64,000 nucleotides of DNA from Octopus bimaculoides (GCF_001194135.2 NC_068981.1:120892242-120956241), one strand, 5' to 3'. Counted from the first letter of the stretch, positions 39,563 to 55,348 are shown. The notes: generated by a model from the sequence alone, not told the origin. Numbers and translations are program-made.

Positions 39563-40932
39563 CTATCTCTCATTGTATGTACATGTGTATATGTGCGTGT
39601 GTATTCTTTTATTCTTTTATATGTTTCAGCCCTGAGGCTGCGGCCATGCTGGGGCACCATATATATATTTTATCTTTTACTTATTTTAGTCATTTGACTG
39701 CAGCCATCCTGGGACACAGCCTTGAAGGGTTTTTATTTGAACAACTTGAGCCCAGGACTTGTTTTTTTTTAAGCATGCTACTTATTCTATCAGTTTTTTT
39801 TGTTGAACTGCTAAGTTACAGGGATGTAAGCACACCAACACTAGTTGTCAAATGGTGCTGTGGAACAAACACAGGCACAAAAGCACACACACATAGATAT
39901 ATATATGATGAGCTTCTTTCAGTTTATGTCTACCAAATCCACTCACAATGCTTTGGTTGGCCTGAGGCTATAATAGAAGTCACTTGCCTAAGGTGCCATA
40001 CAGTATATATATCTATATATATAAAACAGAACATAAGCATACAGGCATATCAAATCAGATTCTAACATATTTAATCTAATGCAAGAAAAACAAGTACATC
40101 ATCAACATCATCGTTTAATGTATGCTTTCCATGCTGGCTTGGGTTGGAGGGTTTGATGTGGAGCAACAGAGAGCTGTCCAAACCCCAGCTGTCTGTTGAG
40201 ACATGGTTTCTATGGCTGGATGCTCTTCCTAACACCAACCACCTTACAGAGTGTGTTAGGTGCATTTTATGTGCCACTGGAATGGGTCTATTTATGTAGC
40301 ACCAGCATGGGTGCATTAATGCACCACTGGCATGGTTGCTTTTAAGTGGTACCAGCACCTGAAAGGACAAACCTGTTTGTGTGGAAGACAGCGAGTTTAC
40401 TTAGCTTGACATGTCTTATCAAGTACAGCAAATCACCGCATCTCCTGGTCCCTTGTCATTTCCTCAGTAAAGACCAGCATCTGAAGATCCCTTCTCACCA
40501 CTTTGTCCCGTATTGAACCTGGAACCATGTGGATGGGAGGTAAACTTCTTACCACAAGGCCACACTTGCATCTATGTGTGTGTGTTTGTGTGTACTGACA
40601 TAAGTTGGACAGTTTGACAGGAGGCAGCTAGTTAAAAAATCTGCTCCAGACTACTGTCTTTTTGGGGAAGGTATCTGCAGCTGGTTGCCCATCCTAACAT
40701 CAACCACCCTACATAGTATACTGGGTGCTTTTTACATGACACCAACAGCTGTGAGGTCACTAATTAATATACAAGATAAGGCCCTACCCCCCACTCAACC
40801 AAATGAAGGGTAGTATTGAGGGATGTGGTTTTTTGTCAGGTGATGAGAGGTGAGAATATGAACAGTGGGAGAAAAATAAGAGTCTTGCAGTGGAAGAGCT
40901 AAATGGAAATAGGTATCTTACAGTAGAGGTGA

Positions 40933-40981
<49 letters not shown>

Positions 40982-43745
40982 GTGTATGTATATATATTTG
41001 TGTGTTTGAGGTGTCTGCACTGTGTGTCCTTGACTTAACATCATGTGACGGGTGTTAATTGGTGTCACTATCATCAAAGCCAGTGGTTCTTAACAATTCT
41101 TTACTTATGGATCCACTTTGATTAGTATTTTATTTTGGTGGATCCCCATAACCATTCAATGTTTAAAAACTAATTTTATAGATACTCTTTTCAAAATTCC
41201 TATTTTGTTTTTCCCCCTTAACTTATGCAGGTTGAACTTTGTGAAACGTTACAGAAAAACACTGAGCTGCTTCTTGCGATAAATACATCTAATATCAAAT
41301 CTATTTCATGGGCCCTTAATAGTCTACTGTGGGTCCCCAGTTTACTATTTTGCTTGTGTGGACTCCACAAAATTTTATATGGACCCTCAGGGGTCATATG
41401 GACCCCAACTGAGAACCACTGATCAAAGCGGTATTATATGTTTCCAGTTTTCTGTGGAAACACATCTGGTCAGTCATGGAAAAATAAAACTTTGCATGGA
41501 AATGAGTGAAGGTTGAAGACAGGAAGAGCATCAGGTCGTAGAAAATCTGCCACAATGAATTCTGACTGAACCATTTAAGTATAGTAAAGTGGGCATTAAA
41601 ATGACTATGTTGATGATAATGGTGATGTTATTGATGTACATATATTTCAAACGAAAGTACTAATCAACGTTTTAGTTTCACGTGTGGTTTTTGAAATTCC
41701 TCCATTTATCATAAATGTATATCTTCTTTTAAAATTTCTCCTCCTTTTCTTTCATCTCTTTTGCAGTCAACTGCAGAAATTGTGTTTTGACTCCTATGCA
41801 TATGTCACTAATGAATTATTATATGAAATAAGGTATGTGTCTCTTGATTACACTTGTTTCATCTCATCAGTCTGATCAGTGTCTTATCAAATTGCTTGCT
41901 TGCTTATTAGTTTTGTACTTTTATCATCACCACCACCACCACTGCTGCTGCCGCTGCCAACAACAACAACAACAACAACAACAACCATCATCACAACTAC
42001 TACAGCCATTATCTTCACTGATACATCTGTTGCTATCATCATCATCATCTTATTCAATAATAGCATTCCACCAACAAATAAATAAATGAACAGCATGGGA
42101 ATGTCTAATTAGAAACAAAAGCTAAATGTTCTTGCAATATCTGCCATCTGTCTGAAAAATGAAGGATACACTGGATAATTAATGTAATTTGGTAAAAGTG
42201 AACATAGGTTAGAAAAGATAAATTCTGGCAGACATAGAGAGAAAGGTAAAGGTATCAGCCTAACAAGGGAGCTTCTGTAGGGTCACAATGCTAGTAATAG
42301 CAACCAGTTTTACCCTGTATCATACCATACCATTTTAAGAGATAAAAAAAAAAAAAAGCATAAATTGAATAATATCATCTTAGATACACTGTAAAGGAGA
42401 AAATATGAGATGTTCATGGCTGGAATGCTTTTGATCATTAGTCTTCTCATTTAAGGTTTGACTAAGACTAAATGACACCACCACTACCACCAAAGGCAGC
42501 AACAACAACAAAAGCAACAACACAAGTTCTTGCAATGTGGGAGCTTCCATATGATCACTTATCTGATAGAAGTAGCTTCCCAGTATCCCTTAACTCATAC
42601 TCTGCTTGGGAATAGTCATATTTTGCCATTTAAACACATGCACTATATGTTTGGTTTTTACTTGAGCCTCCCCCTCCTCCTCCTCCTCCTCCTCATCATC
42701 ATCATCAACAATAACAAGGTGGCAAGCTGGCAAAATTGTTGGCATGCTGGATGAAAATGCTTAGCAGTATTTTGCCTGTCGCTACGTTCTGGGTTCAAAT
42801 TCCGCTGAGGTTGACTTTGCCTTTCATCCTTTCGGGGTCGCTAAAATAAGTACCAGTTGAACATTGGGGTTGATGTGTTCGACTCTTCCCCACCTCCCCC
42901 AAGCTGCCCTTGTGGCAAAAAACAAAAAAAATATTGAAATAATTATCATTAAGGTGGTGATTTAGCAGAATCATTAGTATGCTAGGTGAAATGCTTAGTG
43001 GTATTTCATCTGTCTTCACATTCTGAGTTCAAAGTCTGCCAAAGTCGACTTCACCTTTCATCCTTTCGGAGTCATTAAATTAAATACTAGTGAAACAAAA
43101 ACACTAGGGTTGATGTCATCGATTAGTCCTCTTCCCACAAATTTCAGGCCTTATACCTATAGTAGAAAGGATTATTGTTGTTATTATTATTATAGGTGCA
43201 GGAGTGGCTGTGTGGTAATTTGCTTACTTACCAACCACATGGTTCCGTGGTCATTCCCACTGCATGGCACCTTGGGCAAGTGTCTTCTACTATAGCCTCG
43301 GGCCGACCCAAGCCTTGTGAGTGGATTTGGTAGATGGAAACTGAAAGAATCCCGTTGTATATATATATATATATGTATATATGTATATATANNNNNNNNN
43401 NNNNNNNNNNNNNNNNNNNNNNNNNNNNNNNNNNNNNNNNNNNNNNNNNNNNNNNNNNNNNNNNNNNNNNNNNNNNNNNNNNNNNNNNNNNNNNNNNNNN
43501 NNNNNNNNNNNNNNNNNNNNNNNNNNNNNNNNNNNNNNNNNNNNNNNNNNNNNNNNNNNNNNNNNNNNNNNNNNNNNNNNNNNNNNNNNNNNNNNNNNNN
43601 NNNNNNNNNNNNNNNNNNNNNNNNNNNNNNNNNNNNTAGGCTTCCAAAGAATAAGTCCTGGGGTCGATTTGCACGGCTAAAGGCTGTGCTCCAGCATGGC
43701 CGCAATCAAATGACTGAAACAAGTAAAAGAGTATTATCATTACTA

Positions 43746-43824
<79 letters not shown>

Positions 43825-46447
43825 CTTTGTTTCTTTGTCAAAGCTCTTTCATCACACATCCTGTGAGCTTTTCAACGACTTTTTATCTTCAGTGACTCTT
43901 TAAGCAGAGCAAGAGGAGACACATGGGATAAAAGGTCACTGAAGATGTCACAGGATGTGTGACGAAAGAGTTTGGACAAAATTCGCTAAAATACGAATAA
44001 TAATAATAAAGCTGAAGTGAAGACCAAATATATAGTACATGTGTCTAATTGGCAGAATGTGACCATTCCCAAGTATAATAATATTTGTTTCAACACATGA
44101 TTTCACATGAAGAATCTTGCAAAACAAATACATATTCTGCTCCCTTAAGAAAAGGATACCATGCATACTCACTAATTCAACATGGGAATCTATAAGTGGT
44201 CAGTTGAGCTTTGAAAAGTAGTAGCTGAATCTCCATCAGCTCACATACTACTTTCTTAAAAAAAGAGGGACGCTTTAGATAGGACTCCTTAGTCCTAGGG
44301 TACCCTGTCTAAAAAGGAAAAGACCAGTTTGGTCAGTCATTACTGGAAGCACCTGTAATCATAGGCTTGCTTGATTAGTAAGACCAAGGGCTAAAATAAG
44401 TCAACAATGACATCACACTGCAATGTGGGTGTGGTTATCATCAATATCTTGTTTCTTCTTCATCATCATCATCATCACGGCCATTATCAGTGTCATCATT
44501 GTTACCAGTTAGTCATTGTCGTTATCACCACCACTGACCCAACATTTTCATTTATCACCCTTGCCTTTACATTTATCACCACCACAATGACCACCACCAC
44601 CACCACCACCACTGTTAGCATTTATTATTCACCAAAGTCACCATCACAGCCACTGCCAACCTCATCACTCCCACAACTACCACCTCATCTAGCTCCATAT
44701 CAGCAGCAGCGGCACCACCACCACCACCATCATCATGCCCATCATTACCATCACAACTACTAACATATGCATTATTCACCATTACCATTACAACTGTAAG
44801 TCTATTACTGTCTCTATNNNNNNNNNNGGGGGGGGGGGGTCCTTTTTTTTTTTATCTCTGCTTGTCTGTCAATTTCTGCTTTTTCAAAGAATATTGAACA
44901 GAAACAGATAAAAGAAAAAGGAAACAATTAATAATCTTGATAATAATAATAATAATGATGATTATAATAATAATAACAATTGTCTTCTGCCAACAGTCAT
45001 GATGGCTAAAATAAATTGAACAACTAATTGGAATAACCTGATGTAATAGAGTGAAGTAAAATAACATACTTACACACATAACCATGCAGACATTAACACA
45101 AAGGCACAGATGGGCACATACACAGATTCACGCATACACACACACACACACACACAACACATATTTTTACACATACACACACATACATGTAATACACATA
45201 TACAGATACACATGCATGCACATAACATATTTTTACAGATCCATACATACACACACACAGACAGACAGATGTATACAAATACAAGTGCAGCCACACTCAA
45301 ATGCACAAGAACACTCACACACATGTAGACAAATTTTACACACACACTCATGACCTGGCAGTTCTTAACCCTGGCATCTGTCACTTTTCTCTCTGCTTCT
45401 TTTTCACATACACATACACACACAAGCTATTAACAAAAATGTTACATGATTGCTCAATCAGCTAGAAGTAGCTGCCAAATATTCCTCAAATGACACACCA
45501 CTATCTAAAAGATAAAAAGGAAGGATACATTAAATAATATACTCCCTGATATACAGATTATTTGGTCACATCTGGAAACCAGAACACCTTTAACCACAGA
45601 TCTACCTTATCAGATCTAACCTGGGTGTTTAAAATCAACAACACACAGATACATGGACATATAGGCAAAGTCACAAAGATACATATAATGTGATGAAGGG
45701 AATAGAAAACGCGCATACATATAAATACACATTTCTGATTGTATTGGGTTGTCTGGAAAGTTCATGCCGATTTTTAAAGGAAAGAAAAAGGTCAATAAAT
45801 ACTTGCCATTACATTTTTAATCAACCAAATATGAACCATTTTGTTGCATAATGCGTCTCCATCTTTCCTTTAACTTGAAAATACCCTCTTCCCAGAATTG
45901 AGGTAGTTTCATGGCAAATAAGTTGAAAAGTAAGCTACTATAAATTGGCATGAACTTTCCAGACAACCCAATACATTTAGATGACAAAGCTGTAAAATTT
46001 TATGCTTAATCAATGCATGTTGTCCAAATAATAATCCTTTTTACTATAGGCACCAGGTATAAAATTGGGAGAGAGGGGTTTAAACAATTGCATTGACTCC
46101 AATGCTCAACTGGTACTTATTTAATGACCTGAAAGGATAAAAGGCAAAATTGACTTCAGCAGGATTTGAACTCAGAACGTAAAGACAAATGAAATGTTTC
46201 CAAGTATTTTGTCCAGCGCACTAATAATTCTGTTAGCTTCTCACCTTAAGAATAAAAATGATAATACTCCTTTCTGTAATAGGCACAAGCTGAACTTTGG
46301 GGTGGGAAGCGCTTATTTTTATCAACCCCAAAAGGATGAAAGTTAAATTTGACCTCAGTGTAATTTGAACTTGCAACGTAAAGCCAGAAGAAATGCAACT
46401 AAGTGCTTTTTCTGGACTTCTAATGATTCTGCTAACTCACTGTCTTA

Positions 46448-46495
<48 letters not shown>

Positions 46496-49400
46496 CCCGA
46501 ATGCAGTACCAGGCAGTGGCAATGCCCGGATGCAGTACCAGGCAGTGGCTCTCATGGCTCCTGATCTTAATTGATTGAAAGTGTTACCATGTACATTGTT
46601 TTGTCTTGGTATAAAAGATGAGCTACAGCAAGTATTCTGCTTAATACCACAGATTTGCTTGTCAGTTGTTTGACCTTAACCAGTTGAGCGTGTCCCTTGG
46701 TGGCTGATGATATGTGCATCTCTGATCATGAGCAGAAGTAGTGGGAGAGCATCATAGCCATGTGTTGAGAGGAATTCTTTGGGGTTTAAATAATTCACTT
46801 TTGGAAATATGGGTATTTTGCTCAACATCCTTAAACAAACCTTATTCAGGGACCTTTTGAGTGGGATGGACTACTCGACCTGAAAAAAATTCTAACTGGG
46901 CCCCACCTGCAAGTTAATGTGCTGTTTATCTTGATATGAGATCACTATGTTGCACACATATGGTTGTGATGCATGTGCCTGGTGTACCCTTATCAGATGG
47001 GTAGTCATGATGGGTATAATGGGCTTTGTATATTTTACCCCAGTGTCACTTTGATGGAAAAAAAAAAAAATAATAATAATGGTTTCAAATTTTGGTGCAA
47101 GGCCTGCAATTTCGAAGAGGAGGTAAGTCAATTACAATGCCCTCCCCACCCCATCATGCACAACTGGTACTTATTTTATCAACCTTGAAAGGATGAAAGG
47201 CAAAGTCAACCTCAGTAGAGTTTGAACTCAGAACATAGGGACAGACGAAATGCTTCTGAACAGTTCACCTGCTGTGCAAATGATTCTGCCAACTCAATAA
47301 CAATATTATTATTAATGATAATAATAATAATCATAAAAATAATAATAATAATGATGATGATATGCCCTGATGCAGTACCAGGCAGTGGCTCTCATGGCTT
47401 CTGATCTTAATTGATTGAAAGTGTTACCATGTACGTTTTGTATTGGTATAAAAGATGGGCTACAACAAATATTCTGCTTAATACCACAGATTTGCTTGTC
47501 ACTTGTCATGCAGTGTTTATCTTGATATGAGATCAGCATGTCGCGCACATATGGTTGTGATGCATGTGCCTGGTGTACCCTTATCAGACAGGTAGTCACG
47601 ATGGGTATAATGGGCTTCGTATATTTTACCCCAGTGTCACTTTGATGGCATGCACTGCTCTCTCACTCAATAATAATAACAATAATAGAAAAAATATAAT
47701 AATAATTGCAATGTTTTTTTTTATTTGCCACTAGGCCGACTGATGATGGGGTCAATACAACTAACATGTGGGGATTTACATACAATGAAATGATATCTAT
47801 ATAAGTGGCTGTGTGATAAGAGATTTGCTTCCCAACTATATGGTTCTAGGTTCAGTCCCGTTGCATGGCATCTTGGGCAAATGTCTTTTACTATAGCATC
47901 AGGCTAATCAAACCTTGTGAGTGAATTTGATAGACAGAAACTGAAAGAAGCCCATTGTGTGTATATATGTATGTGTATCTGTATGTGTATTTGTATGTGT
48001 CTTTGTATCTGATTTTGCCCTTCACCACCACTTGACAACCAGTGTTGGCTTGTTTATGTACCCATAACTTAGCAGTTTGGCAAAAGTGATTGATAGAATA
48101 AGAAGTACCAGGCCTTAAAAAAAGTACTGGAGTTGATTCATTGGGCTAAAAAAAAATATTCTTCAATGCTATGCAACAACATGGCCACAGTCTATGAAAC
48201 AAATGAAAGACAAAAGTATACATCAGTAAAAAAAGAAAAGAAAAAGAGTAATAACAATCTGATAATAGGGATAATCGTGAAACCTCACCACCCAAGATCT
48301 CACTGATCACCAAGGGCAAGTACCTTCTCCAATTCCTGTTCTCCAACTCAACTGGTCTATACTTAGAGCGGTACCATCCACTTTTGCCATTTCCACAACT
48401 TTCACCCACCTTTCAATATATTCAATGGAAACGTTGAGCTTGGAGTTATGGATTCTTACAGATAGCTATTAATCCATTGATTTATCAGAAATCTTAAGAT
48501 GACTCTCATCAGAATTAATTTCAGCATACTATTGCTAACACCATCACAGCAGCGTAATTCTTCTTCTTCTTCTTCTTCTTCTTCTTCTTCTTCTTCTTCT
48601 TCTTCTTCTTCTTCTTCTTCTTCTTCTTCTTCTTCTTCTTCTTCTNNNNNNNNNNNNNNCTTCTTCTTTTTCTTCTTCTTCTACTTCTTCTTTTTCTTCT
48701 TCTTCTTCTTCTTCTTCTTCTTCTTCTTCTTCTTCTTCTTCTCACTGTTATTATTATTATTATTATGATGATGTCAGTATTCATACTTTTTTTTATTGCA
48801 GTTTTTCACTGCAACATAGTTCACTTCTTACCTTTGAGGCATGCATAAAGCTTTGTTTTGTATTTGTTTCTTTTTCATTCCTTTTTTTTTTTGTCTGTTG
48901 CACTGACAGTACTTTCTGCAATATTTGTGCTGTGCCTGGTGGTGTTATAACCTTCGTATTTATGTACGCAAAGTCTTGTTAGCAGGAGTTGGAGGGTGGT
49001 GGGGTTAGTTCTGTATTCATTTGTACCTGCACTAATTTTTTGATATATTGTTCCCAAGGCACTTGCTATTATAGAGATTGTGTCTGTGCTTTTTTCTTTT
49101 ATTACTCCCTCCCCCGTTAATACCCTCATTATCTCTATTTCCACATCTTTACATTTTAATAGTTTCTTAATTTATTTTATTGTTACATTGTCTGTTTGGG
49201 ACTGTTACTTCGATTAAAAGTTGTTTTCATTACTAGTGTTTAACAAAAATATGTGAAGGATTTGTCTTAAGCTACCTGTCTGTATGAATTGCCATGTCAT
49301 AGAATATAGTCACATTATCAGCCGTTTTGACAGACCTTTTTGTAACGTGTTTGTAACCATTTCTTTTCTGTTCTTATTTCTTAATACTGGCTAAATTTCC

Positions 49401-49883
49401 CATGTGAAGAAACTGTTTGTTATTATCATTATTGTTTCACTTCTCAGAGCGCTCGGTTTTGTTTGCTTTGATTGATTTTGTGAGAGCGGACAGCAACCTG
49501 TTGTCAAAGGTCTCACGGGGTCCCTTTCTACACATTATAAGCTTTGATAATTGGTTGTTAATTATCGTGGAAGACATTCAACACTCAAGCACCAATGTCA
49601 AAATCCTAGCTGTCCCCAGCAGAGCAGTTTATTATTATTATTATTATCATCATTATTATTATTGTTATTATGGCAGCAAGCTGGCAGAATCATTACCATG
49701 CTGAGCGAAGTGCTTAGCGGTATTTCACTTGTTGCTGTGTTCTGAGCTCAAATTCTGCTGAGCTTGACTTTGCCTTTCATCCTTTTGGGTTTGATAAATT
49801 AAGTGCCAGTAGAGTACTGTGGTCGATGTGATCAACTGTCTCCCTCCCCACAAAATCCAGGCCTTGTGCCTATAATAGAAAGG

Positions 49884-49923
<40 letters not shown>

Positions 49924-50414
49924 GGTAGTTTTTTTTTTTTATAATGTGCTTTCACTTCACTACCGAGCGCAGCTCTGTGTGCCTTGAGTATGTGCTGTGG
50001 TTTGCTGTGATGCTCTTATGGTTACTGTATTGAAAGTGTTTTGCACAGGATGTGTGCAGTGCCCAGTAGTGCAATTTTCTGTATGTTATATATATTTGTA
50101 AGTCCTGGTGTTTTTGTTATGTATTTGTCTGAATATTTTTTTAATTATACCTAAGGCACCTACTATGATAGGAATTGTTTCTGTTTTTAGATTCCACATT
50201 CGAGTTACCTCTATTTCCAGGTCTTTGTATTTTGAAAGTTTTTCCATTTCTTTTAGGGAAACGTTGTCATCTGCTGGTATTGATACATCAATTANNNNNN
50301 NNNNGAAACGTTGTCATCTGCTGGTATTGATACATCAATTAGAAAGCATTTTTTTTTCTTTATGATCTTTGACAACTATATCTGGTCTATTTGCCTTAAT
50401 TTCTCTATCTGTGT

Positions 50415-50469
<55 letters not shown>

Positions 50470-52839
50470 TCTGTAGTTTTATTTTCAATACTTGCTTTCA
50501 CTGCACTACCAAGAACATCTTTGTGTGTCTTGGGTATATGTAGTAATTTGTTTGGCATTATTTTTATTGTATTGAAATTAGGTTGTATGCAATGTCTAGA
50601 AGTGCCATTTTCTTTATGGACTTGTCTGTATATTTTTGACCAAAGCTGAAATGTTTATTACTATAGGGAAATTATTTCTGTCTTCAGGTTCCACATTTGG
50701 GTTATCTCTTTTTCTAGGTCTTTATTTTTTTGAGAGTTTCTCCATTTCTTTTAGAGATACATTGTCATCTGTTGGGTCTAATATGTCATTTTTTTTCTTG
50801 GTGTTCCTTGACAACAATATCTGGATGATTAGTTTTGTTCTCTCTATCGGAGTGTATTGGCATATTCCAGAATATGGTTACCTTGTTATTTTCTAAGACG
50901 TTTTGGTGGGTATACTTATACTGCTTTTTTTCTGCTGTTTTTTCATCATGCTGGCTCAACATCCAGTGTATGTAAGTCCTGACTCTGCCATATCTGAATA
51001 TATTCCTTCTAATTCAAGGATGGTCAACCAGAGACAATATAATTTATTTGTTTCTTGCCCATCACCACATATTCTGCAGCTACTTATTGTAGCTTTATTA
51101 TATATCTTTTTGATGGAGGAGATTTTGACTTTGTGTTACAGTTATGAACCTTTCAGTCTCTGCTTTGAGTCCCAAGCTTCTCAACCAGTTTTTTAGATTT
51201 AGCTTGGTTTCTTTTCTGTTTAGCTTATCCCTGTATTTCTATCATTTTATCATGACATTTTGTAGTTCAAATTTTAGCTTAAATTTTAGCTGCTTTACAG
51301 CTTTTGTTCTTTCATTTTCTTCATATTTGTTGGGTATTTTGACCTCTTTCTTGAAGACAGACAGCCATTTTTTGTTTCGCTCATGCTTTGTCGTTATTTG
51401 TATCAGTTTTCCTTGATATTGAAGTAGATGTTTCTTTAGCTCTCTTTCTATAATAGTTTTCTAGTTGTGGTAAGACCTCAACCACCTTCAATTCATTATA
51501 TATATATAACCTTTCTATGTCAGATTTTGGGTGGTGTATACTAGTTAATTTAGTTTCCAGTTAAGAATATGGTATCTGTAGCTCGGAATTAGGACAGCTA
51601 GAGTATTGATGTCTGTTATCTTATTTTTGGCACTTAGCTTTGTTTTAAGTATTCATCTAATTCATCTGTAATATTTGTTCCTTATCTTTTCATTTATTTG
51701 TGCATGCTGTACCCCACCTAGTTCATTCATTCCTAAGTAAATATTTGCTTGAGTTTGGTCCAGTTCACATATTTCATTTTCTTAATCTAGTGCAATATTG
51801 TTGCTCTTAATTAGCCTCCCTCTTTTCAATTTGCTTTGGCACATTTTTCTAAGCAGAATCTTATATTGATTTCTTTGGTAAATCTGTGCACTGTCTATGG
51901 TGAAGTTGTTGTTATTATTATTAGATGAATGTCTTCCTTATAAGGAGAACTGCATTATTGTCATTATAGTCCAACCCTTGCTAACATGGAAAACAGACGT
52001 TTGATGATGATGATGTTGATGTATATTTATATTTCATGCTCTTTTAATATTTTCAGTTACTCATTCGATTTTCTATGTACCTCCCCACCACTTTATGTGC
52101 ATTTTTATAATTATTTTCTTCATTTGTCCTTGTGGAATCATCATCATCATCTACAAAAAGTTGGCAGAATTGTTAGCATGCTGGGCAAAATGCTTAGTGG
52201 CATTTCATTTGTCTTCATGTTCTGCATTGAAATTCTGCTCAGGTTGACTTTGCCTTTCATCCTTTCATGGGCAATAAAATAAGTACCAGTTGAGTACTGG
52301 GTTGATGCAATTGACTTACATCCTCCTCAAAATTACTAGCCTCGTGTCAAAATTTGAAATCATCATTATTACTATTATTATCATTAGTGATGGCAGATTC
52401 GTTAGCATGCTGGACAAAATGCTTAGCGGTATTTTGCCTGTTGCTATGTTCTGAGTTCAAATTCCATTGAGGTCAACTTTGCCTTTCTTCTTTTCGGGGT
52501 CGGTAAAATAAGTGCCAGTGAAACACTGGGGTTGATGTAATTGACTAGTCCTCTCCCCAACAAAATTTCAGGCCTTGTGCCTATAGTAGAAAAGATTATT
52601 ATTATTCACTATTTGGCGGCGAGCTGATGGAATCATTGGCACGCTGGATAGTAGTGGTATTTTGCCTGTCGGTCCATTCTGAGTTCAGATTCTACCAAGG
52701 TTGACTTTGTCTTTCATCCTTTCGGTGTCAATAAATTAACTACCAGTTGAATACAGGGGTTGATGTAATCAACTCATCCCCTCCCTCAAAACTAGTGCCC
52801 TTGTGGAAAAATTTGAAACCATTATTTCTATTATTATTA

Positions 52840-52876
<37 letters not shown>

Positions 52877-54997
52877 TATTATTTGTTTTGATTCTGAATT
52901 TTGAAAATTCTATTAATTTTTCTGTTTTCATTTTGTGTTTTCACATCTCCACAGGATGCATACTAACTTAGTACACCTGAGTCTCAACTCATGTAGTTTA
53001 ATAACAGACAGTGGTTTACAGCCTCTTACAGGTAAGCAAGCATTTTGATATCACATTTGTTAGAGTAACTTTTGTTGTTTAACCCCAGAGCTGTCCTGGT
53101 TATGCAGGCATATGATGAAAGGTGTCCCAGCTGTGATCATCCTGTCATTCTGTCAAGCACACATCATGTAAATTGTCTTTCCTTTTTAATAAGAGAAGGT
53201 AGAATGTGATTTGAAGGAAAGTTGATTATTTTTTCGAGGGTCAGTGATTACATAAAAGCTTCATGTTCTTTGGCTTGGATGATAGACACAAAAATTTCCT
53301 GTTTGCTTCTGTCTAGAAATCAAAGGAAATGACTACTACTCCCTACAATTTAGCTTTTGTGACCTAGACTTCAATGTTTTGAAACTGAACTATTTCCATT
53401 ACATTTCAGACAAATATTCTGTTCAGTACCACAGATTTGCTTGTCAGTTGCTTGACCTTAACAACTTAAGCATATCCCTTAATGGCAGACAATATGTGCA
53501 TCTCTGATGATGATCTTTAGTCAGAGCGTGTCTCAACCAGAAATGTTGATTCTATTACATGTCTTTCAAAGACATTGCACTCATAACACTGTGTAGCATG
53601 ATTTTTGTCCTTAAGTAACTCCTGTTATTTCCTTCAAACTTTGCTTTTGTTACATTTATTCAAACCTCAAACAATCTCAACACATGGATATGACACTCCC
53701 TCACAACTCCTGCTCATCATCAGAGATGCACATATTGCCAGTCACTAAGGGATATGCTCGAGTTGTTAAGGTCAAGCAACTGACAAGCCGACCTGTGGTA
53801 CTGAACAGAATATTTGCTTTAGCAATATTTCTGCTTCAACAACTTAGCGTTGAATCTGTGTGAAATGTAATGGAAATAGTTCAGTTTCAAAACATTGAAG
53901 TCTAGGTCACAAAAGCAAAGTTTGTAGGGAGTAGTAGTCATTTCCTTTGGTTTCTAGACGAAGCAAACAGGAAATAACTCTTACTGACCAAAGACAAAAT
54001 AGAAAAAATAAGATTTTGCTACACAATGTAATTAGCTGCTGCCTTGAATTGTCATTAATGTTCTACCTTCTTATACTATACAACATTGCTAAACATTGTG
54101 CAGTTCCACCCCTAGGAAGGAGTACCCTGGAAGGCATATAAAGAATATTTCTAATTCTGTATAGATTCTTAAATTCCAACGCAATAAATATTAGCCAAGT
54201 GGTTAAGAAGTGCGTTTTCCAACCAAATAGTTTTGTGTTCAGTCCCTCTGCATTGCAGCATGAGCAAAGGGTCTTCTGTTATTACCCTAAACTGAATGGT
54301 TTTGGTAGATGGAAACTTAAATATGTACCTTTCAATGTACTTGAATTTCCATTCTTTTACTCTCTCTCCTTCAAAAGTTTATAGCTTCACCTCATTCAAT
54401 CCAAGTAATTTTAAGTTTTTAAAAATCGTTTATTGACACACTCATAAAAGTGCATGCAAGTACACATACGTATATGCACAGACACACACATTCACACACT
54501 CATGAACTTCTCCAATATATACACATACTTGCAGGTGTGGCCATGTAAAATCTTTTTTTGCATATTCGTAGTCTCCGACATCTAAAACGTAGGAATCTGA
54601 AAAGCTTTTTCCAAAAAATGAACTTTTCAAGGATAGGTGCGAAACTGCATTAGCCCCCACAATTGATTACATTCATTTAAAATCAAGGCCAGTTTTTGTT
54701 GGCGATGAGTGACTTGATTGAATTAGACCAGTATATCACTGGTACATATTTTTGTTAATCATATTCCCTTCTCTCATTCAGAAAGGATAACAAGCTAATT
54801 TATTTTGATAGGATTTGAGATGAGAATTTAGACTGACGGCATTGAATACTATTATACATTATATTCTGGTGATTTAGTGTCTTCCTCGTTGCTTTATGAT
54901 GAAGAATTACTAATATTCTATTTAATTGATTATTTAATTGGCAGAAGTCACAAAGTCACTCAAGGGCCAAGAGTTTTGCATACTAGTATTTAATCTG

Positions 54998-55045
<48 letters not shown>

Positions 55046-55315
55046 NNNNNNNNNNNNNNNNNNNNNNNNNNNNNNNNNNNNNNNNNNNNNNNNNNNNNNN
55101 NNNNNNNNNNNNNNNNNNNNNNNNNNNNNNNNNNNNNNNNNNNNNNNNNNNNNNNNNNNNNNNNNNNNNNNNNNNNNNNNNNNNNNNNNNNNNNNNNNNN
55201 NNNNNNNNNNNNNNNNNNNNNNNNNNNNNNNNNNNNNNNNNNNNNNNNNNNNNNNNNNNNNNNNNNNNNNNNNNNNNNNNNNNNNNNNNNNNNNNNNNNN
55301 NNNNNNNNNNNNNNN

Positions 55316-55348
<33 letters not shown>

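Noticed and set aside
50259-50340. Direct duplication of 36 bp across the 9-N gap
   Set aside because: Overlapping contig ends left unmerged; an assembly artefact.
54545-54660. ORF GANAVSHLSLKSSFFGK... resembling a LINE ORF2 end
   Set aside because: Too short to assign, and it is antisense to the host gene, so not an exon.
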